DNA of 64,000 nt, taken from assembly GCA_004557405.1 (NCBI GenBank), contig SFDZ01000009.1, positions 15,014-79,013 on the forward strand, written 5' to 3'. The translations under genes were made by a program, and so were the position numbers. Origin of the DNA: Bacteroidales bacterium. GTDB taxonomy: Bacteria; Bacteroidota; Bacteroidia; Bacteroidales; Paludibacteraceae. Shown here one piece after another: positions 45,413 to 53,837 of this stretch; the stretch's first letter is position 1; each line of letters begins with the position of its first letter. Under the pieces are notes generated by a model, which was not told where the DNA came from, ran no database searches, and worked only from the letters and a program-made list of their open reading frames with translations.

Positions 45413-46012
45413 TTAATCGGGGTGTATGCGCGCAATGTATTTGCCGATGATGTCAAATTCCAGATTGACCATCGAACCGACGTGAATGTCGTGGAAATTG
45501 GTATGCTCGAACGTGTACGGAATGATGGCCACTTCGAAACTGTTGTCGGTAGGCGTGCAAACCGTCAGCGACACGCCATTCACCGTAACCGAGCCTTTGT
45601 CCACCGTCAGATAGCCGCGCCGGCGCATTTCCGGTGTGCTCTCGTATTCGAAGTGGAAGTAATAACTGCCGTCGGCATTGCGTATTTCTGTGCAGCGGGC
45701 GGTTTGGTCCACATGCCCTTGCACGATGTGTCCGTCGAGGCGGCCGTTCATCAGCATCGAGCGTTCTACATTCACTCGGTCGCCCACGCGCAGCAGCCCG
45801 AGGTTGCTGCGGTCGAGTGTCTCTTTCATCGCCGTTACCGTGTAAGCGCCGTTGGCAATGTTCACCACGGTCAGGCACACGCCGTTGTGCGCCACGCTTT
45901 GGTCGATTTTTAGTTCATCTACAAACGAACATTTCAGCGTAAAATGTACATTCTCGCGGTCTTTTTCGATGCCGACCACTGTGGCTGTTTCTTCTATAAT
46001 TCCTGAAAACAT
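45413..46012 (-). CDS. ribE: Riboflavin synthase (alpha chain)
   Basis: 199 aa. MFSGIIEE, and the duplicated SVAHNGVCLTV / SVTVNGVSLTV motif. A TAACTTTG -7 box lies at 46057-46050. Confidence 0.93.
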   Translation of the reverse strand: MFSGIIEETATVVGIEKDRENVHFTLKCSFVDELKIDQSVAHNGVCLTVVNIANGAYTVTAMKETLDRSNLGLLRVGDRVNVERSMLMNGRLDGHIVQGHVDQTARCTEIRNADGSYYFHFEYESTPEMRRRGYLTVDKGSVTVNGVSLTVCTPTDNSFEVAIIPYTFEHTNFHDIHVGSMVNLEFDIIGKYIARIHPD

Positions 46013-46273
46013 ATTTTTTTTGAATTATTGGGTTTGTAATTTTTTTTTGCAAAGTTAATCGTAATTCGTTACATCTACTGCCAATCGGCAACCGCTAATC
46101 CGCCTTGTGGCACATGTCTCGTATTTTTTTGTTGGGCGTTTATGGTTTGACTATCTATCTCCCTATCCCCCGACTTGTTGAAACCTACGTGCTGATTAGC
46201 CCTTTGGCTTTGAGTGTTGCCATGATGCGTTCGCTTTGGCGATGATATGGCTCCGTCAATGCTATGTTCGTTG

Positions 46274-48322
46274 TCATTTCGTCAGCGGCGAATAGTCGCG
46301 CGAATAGCGCAGGTGCTGTTCGGCGTAGCCTTCGGTGTAGTCTATCGACAAACCGGTGAAGTGGCCGTCGCTGTCGAACGAGGCTGTATAAACCGGATTG
46401 ACAAAGCCTTTGTAGGGCGCAATGTCGAGGGTAGCATAGCGTGCCAACACTTCGTCGTGCAGACGCCGATCCACTTTCACGGCATAGGTCTCGACAATTT
46501 CTTGAGCTGCCGCATAGTCGCCGGTCGATTTGATGCGCTGAATTTCGGCCAACAGTTCGCCAAGGTGTTTTTGCACGAGTCGGTAATCGTTTATCACAAC
46601 AAATGTTTTGCCGTCGCGTGTGCGGAATTCCACGGCGTGGTCGCCATCGGCTTGCGATTTCTGATACACCCAATTTGCAATGAGTTGGCGGTTGCGCATG
46701 TGCGATTCTTCGATGTTCTTGCCCGGCTCGATGCGCATCAGTTGGGTCATCAGTCCGTTCATAAAGTAACTGTAATACTGCGCTTTGTAGGCCGAATCGT
46801 TGGGCAGCAGACCGAGTTCCACCATTTTGGGGTCGGCCATGAAGTAGAGCCCAAACAAGTCGGCTCGCGCCTCTTCGATGGTCGAGCCATAGGCTTTGAG
46901 CGCATCCGGATCGACCCCGGGCAGCAGTTTGCCTGATCCGTGTCCAAGGCATTCGTGCAGGTCGGTATGCAGATTGTCGGTCTGATTTTTGTAGGCAGCC
47001 ATCAAGGCGGTCTCGTTGGCGCTCCAAGCAAATTCTTCGCTAAAACCGTTGCCGATGGCCGATTGGTCGTAGGCTTCGGTGATGTTTTCGATGGTTACCG
47101 ATTTCGAACCGTGCGCTGCACGAATCCAATTGGCATTGGGCAGATTGATGCCGATGGGCGTGGTGGGGTAGCAGTCGCCGGCCAACATGGCTGCCGTGAT
47201 GACTTTTGCCGTAACGCCTTTCACTTTTTCTTTCTTAAACTGCTTATCCACAGGCGAATGATCTTCGAACCACTGTGCATTGGCACTGATGGTCTCGGTG
47301 CGTTTGGTTGCTTCGATGTTTTTGAAGTTCACTATCGATTCCCAACTTGCTTTCATACCGAGCGGGTCGCCGTAAGTTTCGGTAAATCCGTTCACAAAAT
47401 CGATGGTCGATGCGGTGTCGGCCACCCACAAAATGGCGTATTCGTCGAAGGTGCGCAGATTGCCTGTGCGGTTAAATTCAATCAGCCGTTCGATGACGGC
47501 ACGTTGTTGGTCGTTTTCGGCGACATTTTTCGCCTTTTCGAGCCAATAAACCACTTTTTCGAGCGCAGCCGAGTAGAGCCCGCCCACTTTGTAAACCTCC
47601 TCGCCGACAATGCCGTCGCGTTTCACCAATTTGCTGTTCAGCCCATACGACACGGGCTCGGCGTCGTTCGGGTCTTTCATGGCGTCGTAGAAAGCCTCGG
47701 CTTCGGCTTGTGTTACGCCATCGTAGTAGTTGCCGGCCGAGGTCAGCACCAAGTCGGCACCGGCTTCTTGGTTGGTGCGTTTGGGTAGCACGTTCGGGTC
47801 GAAAATCACCGGCACTATTTCGTTCAGCAGCGCATCGACGCTCTCCCCATCGCGCAGGGGCAGTTTATCGGCTGGTAGGCTGCGCACGGCCTGTTCGAAA
47901 AAGGCTTGCGAAAATTCGGGCACAAACTTGTCGCCGGCGTAGTGGTGGTGAATGCCGTTCGACACCCACACACGTTTCAGATAGGTTTCGAGAGCGCGAA
48001 AATCGGCCGATTGACGGTCTTGGCGTTCGTCGGTGTAGATGGCCTCGAGCAGTTGACGAATCGTCAGGTTGTATTTGCAGTTTTGGTCGTATAGAATGTC
48101 GCGCCCTTGCAAGGCGGCTTCGCTCAAGTAGTAAAGCAACTCTTGTTGCTGTAGCGATAGTTGTTCGATGTCGGGTACGCGGTAGCGCAGAATTTGCAGG
48201 TCGGCAAATCTGTCGACCACATAGTCGAAATCGCGCACGTCGGGCGTCGATAGTTGATTTTGTTGTGTGCCGCAGCCGGCCAAAGCGCATGCTGTAATCA
48301 TTGTCAGAAAGGATTTTTTCAT
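46274..48322 (-). CDS. M49-family peptidase (dipeptidyl-peptidase III-like) lipoprotein
   Basis: ORF 46274..48364 trimmed to ATG 48322 (MKKSFLTMITACALAGC). Zinc motifs HECLGHGSG (HExxGH) and EEARADLFG (EExRAE/D). Confidence 0.85.
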   Translation of the reverse strand: MKKSFLTMITACALAGCGTQQNQLSTPDVRDFDYVVDRFADLQILRYRVPDIEQLSLQQQELLYYLSEAALQGRDILYDQNCKYNLTIRQLLEAIYTDERQDRQSADFRALETYLKRVWVSNGIHHHYAGDKFVPEFSQAFFEQAVRSLPADKLPLRDGESVDALLNEIVPVIFDPNVLPKRTNQEAGADLVLTSAGNYYDGVTQAEAEAFYDAMKDPNDAEPVSYGLNSKLVKRDGIVGEEVYKVGGLYSAALEKVVYWLEKAKNVAENDQQRAVIERLIEFNRTGNLRTFDEYAILWVADTASTIDFVNGFTETYGDPLGMKASWESIVNFKNIEATKRTETISANAQWFEDHSPVDKQFKKEKVKGVTAKVITAAMLAGDCYPTTPIGINLPNANWIRAAHGSKSVTIENITEAYDQSAIGNGFSEEFAWSANETALMAAYKNQTDNLHTDLHECLGHGSGKLLPGVDPDALKAYGSTIEEARADLFGLYFMADPKMVELGLLPNDSAYKAQYYSYFMNGLMTQLMRIEPGKNIEESHMRNRQLIANWVYQKSQADGDHAVEFRTRDGKTFVVINDYRLVQKHLGELLAEIQRIKSTGDYAAAQEIVETYAVKVDRRLHDEVLARYATLDIAPYKGFVNPVYTASFDSDGHFTGLSIDYTEGYAEQHLRYSRDYSPLTK

Positions 48323-48472
48323 GAGTGTGTTATTGTTTATGTTAATATTATTCCGAAAGGGCAAAGATACGAAATAAAATGCAAATTGACAAGCAAATGC
48401 GCTTTTTTACGTTTTTTTTTTGCGCACGTCAATTTATTTTTGTATATTTGCCAAATTAAACGAGCATTAAAT

Positions 48473-49732
48473 ATGTTGCCTTTAGCAGAACGTTTGCGTC
48501 CGAAAACATTGGACGATTACATAGGACAGAAACATCTGGTGGGCGCCGGTGCCGTGATGCGCAAAATGATTGAGTCCGGCAATCTCTCGTCGTTCATTTT
48601 GTGGGGACCGCCGGGCGTTGGCAAAACGACTTTGGCCAAAATCATCGCCAATCGCATGGAACGACCGTTTTACACGTTGAGCGCCGTCACTTCGGGCGTG
48701 AAAGATGTGCGCGAGGTTATCGAAAAAGCCAAACAAGCACGATTTTTCAATCAGGCAAACCCGATTTTGTTCATCGACGAGATTCATCGTTTCAGCAAAT
48801 CGCAGCAAGATTCGCTGCTGGGCGCTGTCGAAAATGGCACTTTTACACTGATTGGCGCCACCACCGAAAATCCTTCGTTCGAGGTCATCACGCCGCTGCT
48901 GTCGCGCTGCCAAGTGTATGTGCTGAAGTCGCTCGACAAGGACGATTTGCTCGAATTGGCACAGCGCGCATTGACACGCGACACCGAATTGAAACAACGC
49001 GACATTGTCATCGCCGAACCCGAAAGTCTGCTGCGATATTCCGGCGGCGACGCTCGTAAATTGCTGAATATCATCGAATTGGTTTGCAATGCGCAACCCG
49101 AAGGCAAAATCGTCATCGACAATGCTACGGTTACCGAACGGCTGCAACAAAATCCGATGGCGTACGACAAAGATGGCGAACTGCACTACGACATCATTTC
49201 GGCGTTCATCAAAAGTATTCGCGGTAGCGACCCCGATGCCGCCATCTATTGGTTGGCACGCATGGTGGCCGGCGGCGAAGACCCCAAATTCATCGCACGC
49301 CGGTTGGTCATCTCGGCGGCCGAAGACGTTGGACTGGCCAATCCCAATGCGCTACTGCTGGCCAACGCCTGTTTCGATGCCGTGCAAAAAATCGGTTGGC
49401 CCGAAGGACGTATCCCGCTGGCCGAAACAACCATCTATTTGGCCTCGAGCCCCAAAAGCAATTCGGCGTACATGGCCATAAACGATGCGCTCGCCCTTGT
49501 CGAAAAAACGGGCAATCTGCCCGTGCCGCTGCATCTGCGGAATGCGCCCACCAAACTAATGGACCAACTCGGCTATGGCAAGGACTACAAGTATGCACAC
49601 GATTTTGCCGACCATTTCGTCAATCAGCAGTACAAACCCGACGAACTGAAAAATACGGCGCTGTGGCAACCGCAAGCCAATGCTGCCGAACAAAAATTGG
49701 CCGATCATCTGAAAAAGTTGTGGGGAAAGTAA
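48473..49732 (+). CDS. rarA: Replication-associated recombination protein A (RarA/MgsA)
   Basis: ORF 48254..49732 trimmed to ATG 48473 (MLPLAERLRPKTLDDYIGQKHL). GPPGVGKTT, ILFIDEIHRF, GDARKLLN. A TATATTTG -7 box lies at 48443-48450. Confidence 0.9.
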   Translation: MLPLAERLRPKTLDDYIGQKHLVGAGAVMRKMIESGNLSSFILWGPPGVGKTTLAKIIANRMERPFYTLSAVTSGVKDVREVIEKAKQARFFNQANPILFIDEIHRFSKSQQDSLLGAVENGTFTLIGATTENPSFEVITPLLSRCQVYVLKSLDKDDLLELAQRALTRDTELKQRDIVIAEPESLLRYSGGDARKLLNIIELVCNAQPEGKIVIDNATVTERLQQNPMAYDKDGELHYDIISAFIKSIRGSDPDAAIYWLARMVAGGEDPKFIARRLVISAAEDVGLANPNALLLANACFDAVQKIGWPEGRIPLAETTIYLASSPKSNSAYMAINDALALVEKTGNLPVPLHLRNAPTKLMDQLGYGKDYKYAHDFADHFVNQQYKPDELKNTALWQPQANAAEQKLADHLKKLWGK

Positions 49733-49779
49733 ATTTTTGCTATTTTTGCAACATCAATCAAAAAAAACTCTTATACACG

Positions 49780-50184
49780 ATGAAAAAAATCACTTTTCTG
49801 ATGGCTCTGTTGCTGGCGTGCGGCACGTTGACCGCCACTGCCGACGACAACATCGCTGTGGCTGCCGATTCGGTGGCTGCCGCAACCGATTCGGTAACCG
49901 CCGCCGTTGCTGCCAAAACACCCTATTGTAAATACAAAACGGCTACCGACGGACAAGCCAACGCCATGGCGTTCTTGATGAAACGCGAACAGTTTGACGA
50001 AGGCCGACTGAAACTCGGTCGCAAATACATCAAATATTACAGGCTGACAACGGCGCAACTTGCGATGCTTGCCGAAACATTCACATACAACGATTTCAAA
50101 CTGAAATTTCTGAAAAAAGCGGAAAAACACTGCAGCGATCCGGAAAATTACACGGCACTCGTAGGGCAGTACTATGCACAATGA
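49780..50184 (+). CDS. DUF4476-domain secreted protein
   Basis: Last 134 codons of track ORF 49249..50184, from ATG 49780 (MKKITFLMALLLACGTLTA). FDEGRLKLGRKYIKYY.LTTAQLAMLAETFTYNDFKLKFLKKAEKHCSDPENY fits the DUF4476 repeat. A TATTTTTG box lies at 49741-49748. Confidence 0.6.
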   Translation: MKKITFLMALLLACGTLTATADDNIAVAADSVAAATDSVTAAVAAKTPYCKYKTATDGQANAMAFLMKREQFDEGRLKLGRKYIKYYRLTTAQLAMLAETFTYNDFKLKFLKKAEKHCSDPENYTALVGQYYAQ

Positions 50185-50209
50185 TGCCGCACGCAAAAAA
50201 TGCGGTCGG

Positions 50210-51493
50210 TCAGCGTTTCGGCCATTGTAACCCGATGGAAATCAGCATGATGATGGCCAAACATATCGGGTAGTATAGGTGTGGAATGATGGCCAACGGC
50301 GACACGGCCGCCAATCCCGAGGCCATCAGCAGTTGTGCACCGTAAGGAATGATGCCTTGTATGACGCACGACACGGTGTCCAGCAGGCTGGCCGTGCGTT
50401 GGGGCGTGATACCGTAGCGACTCGAAATGTCGCGGGCGATGTCGCCGGTCGTCAGAATGGCGATGGTGTTGTTCGCCGTACAGATATTGGCCAACGCCGT
50501 GAGCGATGTGATGGAAATTTCGGCACCGCGCCGGCTGCCGATGTGTCGTGTCAGTAGGTTGGTCAAAAAGGTCAATCCGCCATTCAGCCGCACTATTTCG
50601 AGCAAACCGCCGGCCAACATGGTGATAATTATCAGTTCGCACATGGTCTGAATGCCGTCGCCCATCGAGGTGAATAAATCGATGAAACTGATGGTATTGC
50701 ATGTTAGCCCGATGATGCCGGCCGCCACTATTCCCGTCAACAAAACCACCAACACATTGATGCCGATTACGGCAGTCACTATCACTATGAGGTAAGGAAT
50801 GACTTTGACCCAATCGACCGCAGTGTGGTGCGTGGCCAAATGAATGTTGCTGCCAACGACGGCGTAGATAATCAGTGTTGCCAATGCAGCCGGAATGACC
50901 AATCGAAAATTGGTGCGAAATTTGTCGCGCATGGAGCAGCCTTGTGTTTGTGTGGCGGCAATGGTGGTGTCGGATATGAACGACAGATTGTCGCCAAAAA
51001 ATGCGCCGCCGACAACAATGCCTACCAACCACTCGAGCGAACAGCCTGTTTGCTCGGCCAAGCCTGTAACAATGGGTGTCAGCGCCACTATCGACCCGAC
51101 CGATGTGCCAATGGACATCGATACTAGACAGGTGGCCAAAAAAATGCCGGCCGGCAAAAAGTCGGCAGGAATGGCGCTCAGCGTGAGTGCTACCGTGGCA
51201 TCGACTGCGCCTACCGATTTGGCTACGGCGGCAAAGGCACCGGCCAATACGAAAATCCAAATCATGTACATGATGCGCGGGTTGGCAGCCCCTTCCGAAA
51301 AATGCGTGATGCGCTCGGAAAATGTCGTACCGCGCGTGATGGCAATGGCATACACCGAAGCCAGCAAAAAGGCTACGGCAATGGGAATGCGGTAGAAATC
51401 GCCGGCAATGACAGACCCGACCAAATAGACTAACAACAAAACAATGATGGGCGAAAGAGCCAACAATCCGTGGCGCGTTTGGTTCTGATTCAT
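50210..51493 (-). CDS. nhaC: Na+/H+ antiporter, NhaC family
   Basis: 427 aa, polytopic membrane protein with NhaC-type blocks (GAFAAVAKSVGAVDA ... FGDNLSFISDTTIAAT). Confidence 0.8.
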   Translation of the reverse strand: MNQNQTRHGLLALSPIIVLLLVYLVGSVIAGDFYRIPIAVAFLLASVYAIAITRGTTFSERITHFSEGAANPRIMYMIWIFVLAGAFAAVAKSVGAVDATVALTLSAIPADFLPAGIFLATCLVSMSIGTSVGSIVALTPIVTGLAEQTGCSLEWLVGIVVGGAFFGDNLSFISDTTIAATQTQGCSMRDKFRTNFRLVIPAALATLIIYAVVGSNIHLATHHTAVDWVKVIPYLIVIVTAVIGINVLVVLLTGIVAAGIIGLTCNTISFIDLFTSMGDGIQTMCELIIITMLAGGLLEIVRLNGGLTFLTNLLTRHIGSRRGAEISITSLTALANICTANNTIAILTTGDIARDISSRYGITPQRTASLLDTVSCVIQGIIPYGAQLLMASGLAAVSPLAIIPHLYYPICLAIIMLISIGLQWPKR

Positions 51494-51499
51494 AGTAGT

Positions 51500-51679
51500 T
51501 TATGTTTTTTTTGCAAATGATTGTAGGCACGTTCGGCACAGACAGGCGTCGCCATAGGTTTGGTGCAGCAGCCGGCGTGTCGCCGGCGACAACGCAATGC
51601 CTGCGCACTGACATTGGAGCGGATTGTCGTGCCTACAAATAAAGGTGGCACCGCAGCGCGGACAGGTTTTTGTGATCAT
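51500..51679 (-). CDS. Cysteine-rich CWC-family small protein (59 aa), not in the ORF track
   Basis: My translation: MITKTCPRCGATFICRHDNPLQCQCAGIALSPATRRLLHQTYGDACLCRTCLQSFAKKT. Its ATG overlaps the TGA of the upstream DMT gene (ATGA, 51679-51676), and its stop lies 6 nt before the nhaC ATG. Confidence 0.6.
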   Translation of the reverse strand: MITKTCPRCGATFICRHDNPLQCQCAGIALSPATRRLLHQTYGDACLCRTCLQSFAKKT

Positions 51680-52581
51680 TTGCGTAATTTGTTGAACGTG
51701 AATAGTTTATGCGACGACTGGCAAATGAATAATCCGCCGATGACAAGGCCGATGCCCAACCATTTACTCCACGTCAGTTGTTCGCCGAACAGCAGCAGCA
51801 TGAGCAGTGCCGTGAACGCCGGACGAATGTTGTTGAAGGCGTTGGCGCGCGTAACACCAATGCGGCGCACCACGTAACAGAACAGCACAAAGGCTGCCAC
51901 CGACGCAAAAACTGCCAAATAGACCACGGCTGCAAACGACTTCCAACTAAACGCAAACGTTGCGCAGTGTGGCAAATCGATGATGCAAAAAGCAGGGTAG
52001 AAGAGCAACAGACTGAAAGCCTGCACATAGAATACGATAGTCAGGCTGTTGTACTTGGTGGGAATTTTGCGCAGCAACACAGTGTAGAGCACGGCGGCAA
52101 ACACCGCTCCGAACAGCAGCAACAAACCAGCCGGCGATGCAATGGCAAGATTGCCCGTGTTGGTTATCAGCATCAGCACACCGATGGTGGAAATGATGAT
52201 GCCGACGATGTTGTTCCATGTAACACGTTCGCGCAGCAACACAAACGCAAACAGCGGCGCAAACAGCGGCCCTGTGCTCAATATCACTTCGGATATGGTG
52301 GGCGATGCCAACAGTTTCAGCCCGTAGGTCTCGAGCATGTAGTAGCAGAATGGCTGAATAATGCCGGCGGCCAAAAACAGTTTGATGTCGTGTTTGTCGA
52401 GCCGTTGCAGCGATTTGGTGGCGCACCCGACTGCAAACATCAGTGCCACGGCCAGCGTGAAACGCATGGTAACCAGCGTCAGCGGGCGGAAACTCTCCAA
52501 GCCGATGCCGGTGGCAATGACCGACGACGACCATATAATCATGGCCACGATGATGGCGATGTAGGCTGTCAAATTTTTCAT
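51676..52581 (-). CDS. DMT-superfamily (EamA) transporter
   Basis: ORF 51676..52611 trimmed to ATG 52581. Ten predicted TM segments in two EamA-like halves. Confidence 0.8.
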   Translation of the reverse strand: MKNLTAYIAIIVAMIIWSSSVIATGIGLESFRPLTLVTMRFTLAVALMFAVGCATKSLQRLDKHDIKLFLAAGIIQPFCYYMLETYGLKLLASPTISEVILSTGPLFAPLFAFVLLRERVTWNNIVGIIISTIGVLMLITNTGNLAIASPAGLLLLFGAVFAAVLYTVLLRKIPTKYNSLTIVFYVQAFSLLLFYPAFCIIDLPHCATFAFSWKSFAAVVYLAVFASVAAFVLFCYVVRRIGVTRANAFNNIRPAFTALLMLLLFGEQLTWSKWLGIGLVIGGLFICQSSHKLFTFNKLRK

Positions 52582-52662
52582 GTGTACTACCTGTAACAAA
52601 ATTTTCTGCAAAGGTAGTAATTTTATTTGAGTTTTTGGTGCTTCAGTCGGATTTTGGAGCCC

Positions 52663-53751
52663 TTATTTTACCATTCGCGCCGTGGCGGCTATGCGTTTGT
52701 CGGTATATTGCACGACGTCTTTTATTACAAGTTTCTGCACCGCCGAGATGAAGGCTTTCATAAAATCAAAGTCGATTTCGTCGGAGGAAGTTATGGGGAG
52801 AGAAAGAACTGTACTGTTCATAGCTTCACGATTAAACTTGTGTGCATAGTCATATCCAGCGTTTGCTGTTGCAACTCTACAAGCAGAAATAATCATCATC
52901 GCAATCGATTGATTAAATGGTTGAAACTTCGGTACTAAATGTTGAATATGCTGATAACCGATGAAATCATCTTTTTGATAATACATCGTATCTGCACCAA
53001 GTGTTGTATCAGAGCAAGAAATTGTATTTCCTTTATTGTTTGCTTTAAGGTTTGAAAATCCCATTACGCCGTTATCTGTTGAGGAATTTGAAACAAGTGG
53101 AACATTGCCAGTTGCAGACAGAATTTGTGTGCTTGTTAGTTTATACCATTTTGTCGGGTTTATCTCGAACAAATCCCCAAGCCTGAATTTTCCCCACTTG
53201 ACATGCTCAAACTCTTCCAAAACCTTTTGCTCTGCTACGGTCAGTGCGTAATCTTTTAGCCCGGTAGTTTGCAGGTATGCGTTAAGTTCGCGTATACGCT
53301 CCTCTTCGAGTTCGCGCATGCGTTCCGCCTCGATTTCGCGTATAAACGACTCCATAAAATCGAAGTCGATGTTTTTTACGTTGTCACACGGATTTGAAAA
53401 ATCTAACGATTTTTCTTTTAGAGGAAGTTGGATTTTACAATTTCTTGCAACTTTCCAATGTCTAGCATATCCAAGATTTGGAATTTGTTTTTTCCAACTT
53501 GATATAATGAAAAGCAAATATTTCTCATTTGAAGTAAAAGGTTTTAAAACTTTTACATTATCTAGAACAGAAAAACTCTTTTTAGCAATATTTACAGTTC
53601 GTGTATGATCTCCAAAAGTTATATAAACAGGTGTTATATCATCACAAATAAATTCAGGATTATTTGTAAAACCAATAATTCCGTTATTTGAAGAATCAGA
53701 TGAATATGCAGGAAATTCAAAATCATCTGATAATTCTTCTTTTGAAAGCAT
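52663..53751 (-). CDS. HsdS-like specificity subunit with two target-recognition domains
   Basis: 362 aa from the first ATG. Two conserved spacer repeats, [33 protein letters not shown] and [24 protein letters not shown]. The TRD2 leader is [14 protein letters not shown]. The equivalent TRD1 leader ([14 protein letters not shown]) lies in frame upstream of the first ATG (see findings). Confidence 0.8.
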   Translation of the reverse strand: MLSKEELSDDFEFPAYSSDSSNNGIIGFTNNPEFICDDITPVYITFGDHTRTVNIAKKSFSVLDNVKVLKPFTSNEKYLLFIISSWKKQIPNLGYARHWKVARNCKIQLPLKEKSLDFSNPCDNVKNIDFDFMESFIREIEAERMRELEEERIRELNAYLQTTGLKDYALTVAEQKVLEEFEHVKWGKFRLGDLFEINPTKWYKLTSTQILSATGNVPLVSNSSTDNGVMGFSNLKANNKGNTISCSDTTLGADTMYYQKDDFIGYQHIQHLVPKFQPFNQSIAMMIISACRVATANAGYDYAHKFNREAMNSTVLSLPITSSDEIDFDFMKAFISAVQKLVIKDVVQYTDKRIAATARMVK

Positions 53752-53837
53752 ATTTGTTACTTTTTGAAGTTCAAATAATTCTTCAACTCTAAATTCTCCC
53801 CACTTAACATTTTTTAGTTTTTCGTTAAGTGGGGAAT

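Noticed and set aside
46013-46273. FMN (RFN) riboswitch upstream of ribE.
   Set aside because: None of the conserved RFN blocks is recognisable on the minus strand. Only a TAACTTTG promoter box lies 38 nt from the ATG. The listed ORF 46185..47027 is an Arg-rich shadow of the M49 peptidase gene.
49249-50184. 311-aa track ORF spanning the 3' end of rarA and the following gene. Also the 480-aa ORF 50172..51614, in an alternative frame of nhaC.
   Set aside because: The upstream 177 codons of 49249..50184 overlap rarA out of frame and are Arg-rich nonsense. Only the part from ATG 49780 (signal peptide, DUF4476 pattern, its own -7 box) is credible. 50172..51614 is an His/Arg-rich alternative frame of a clear NhaC membrane protein.
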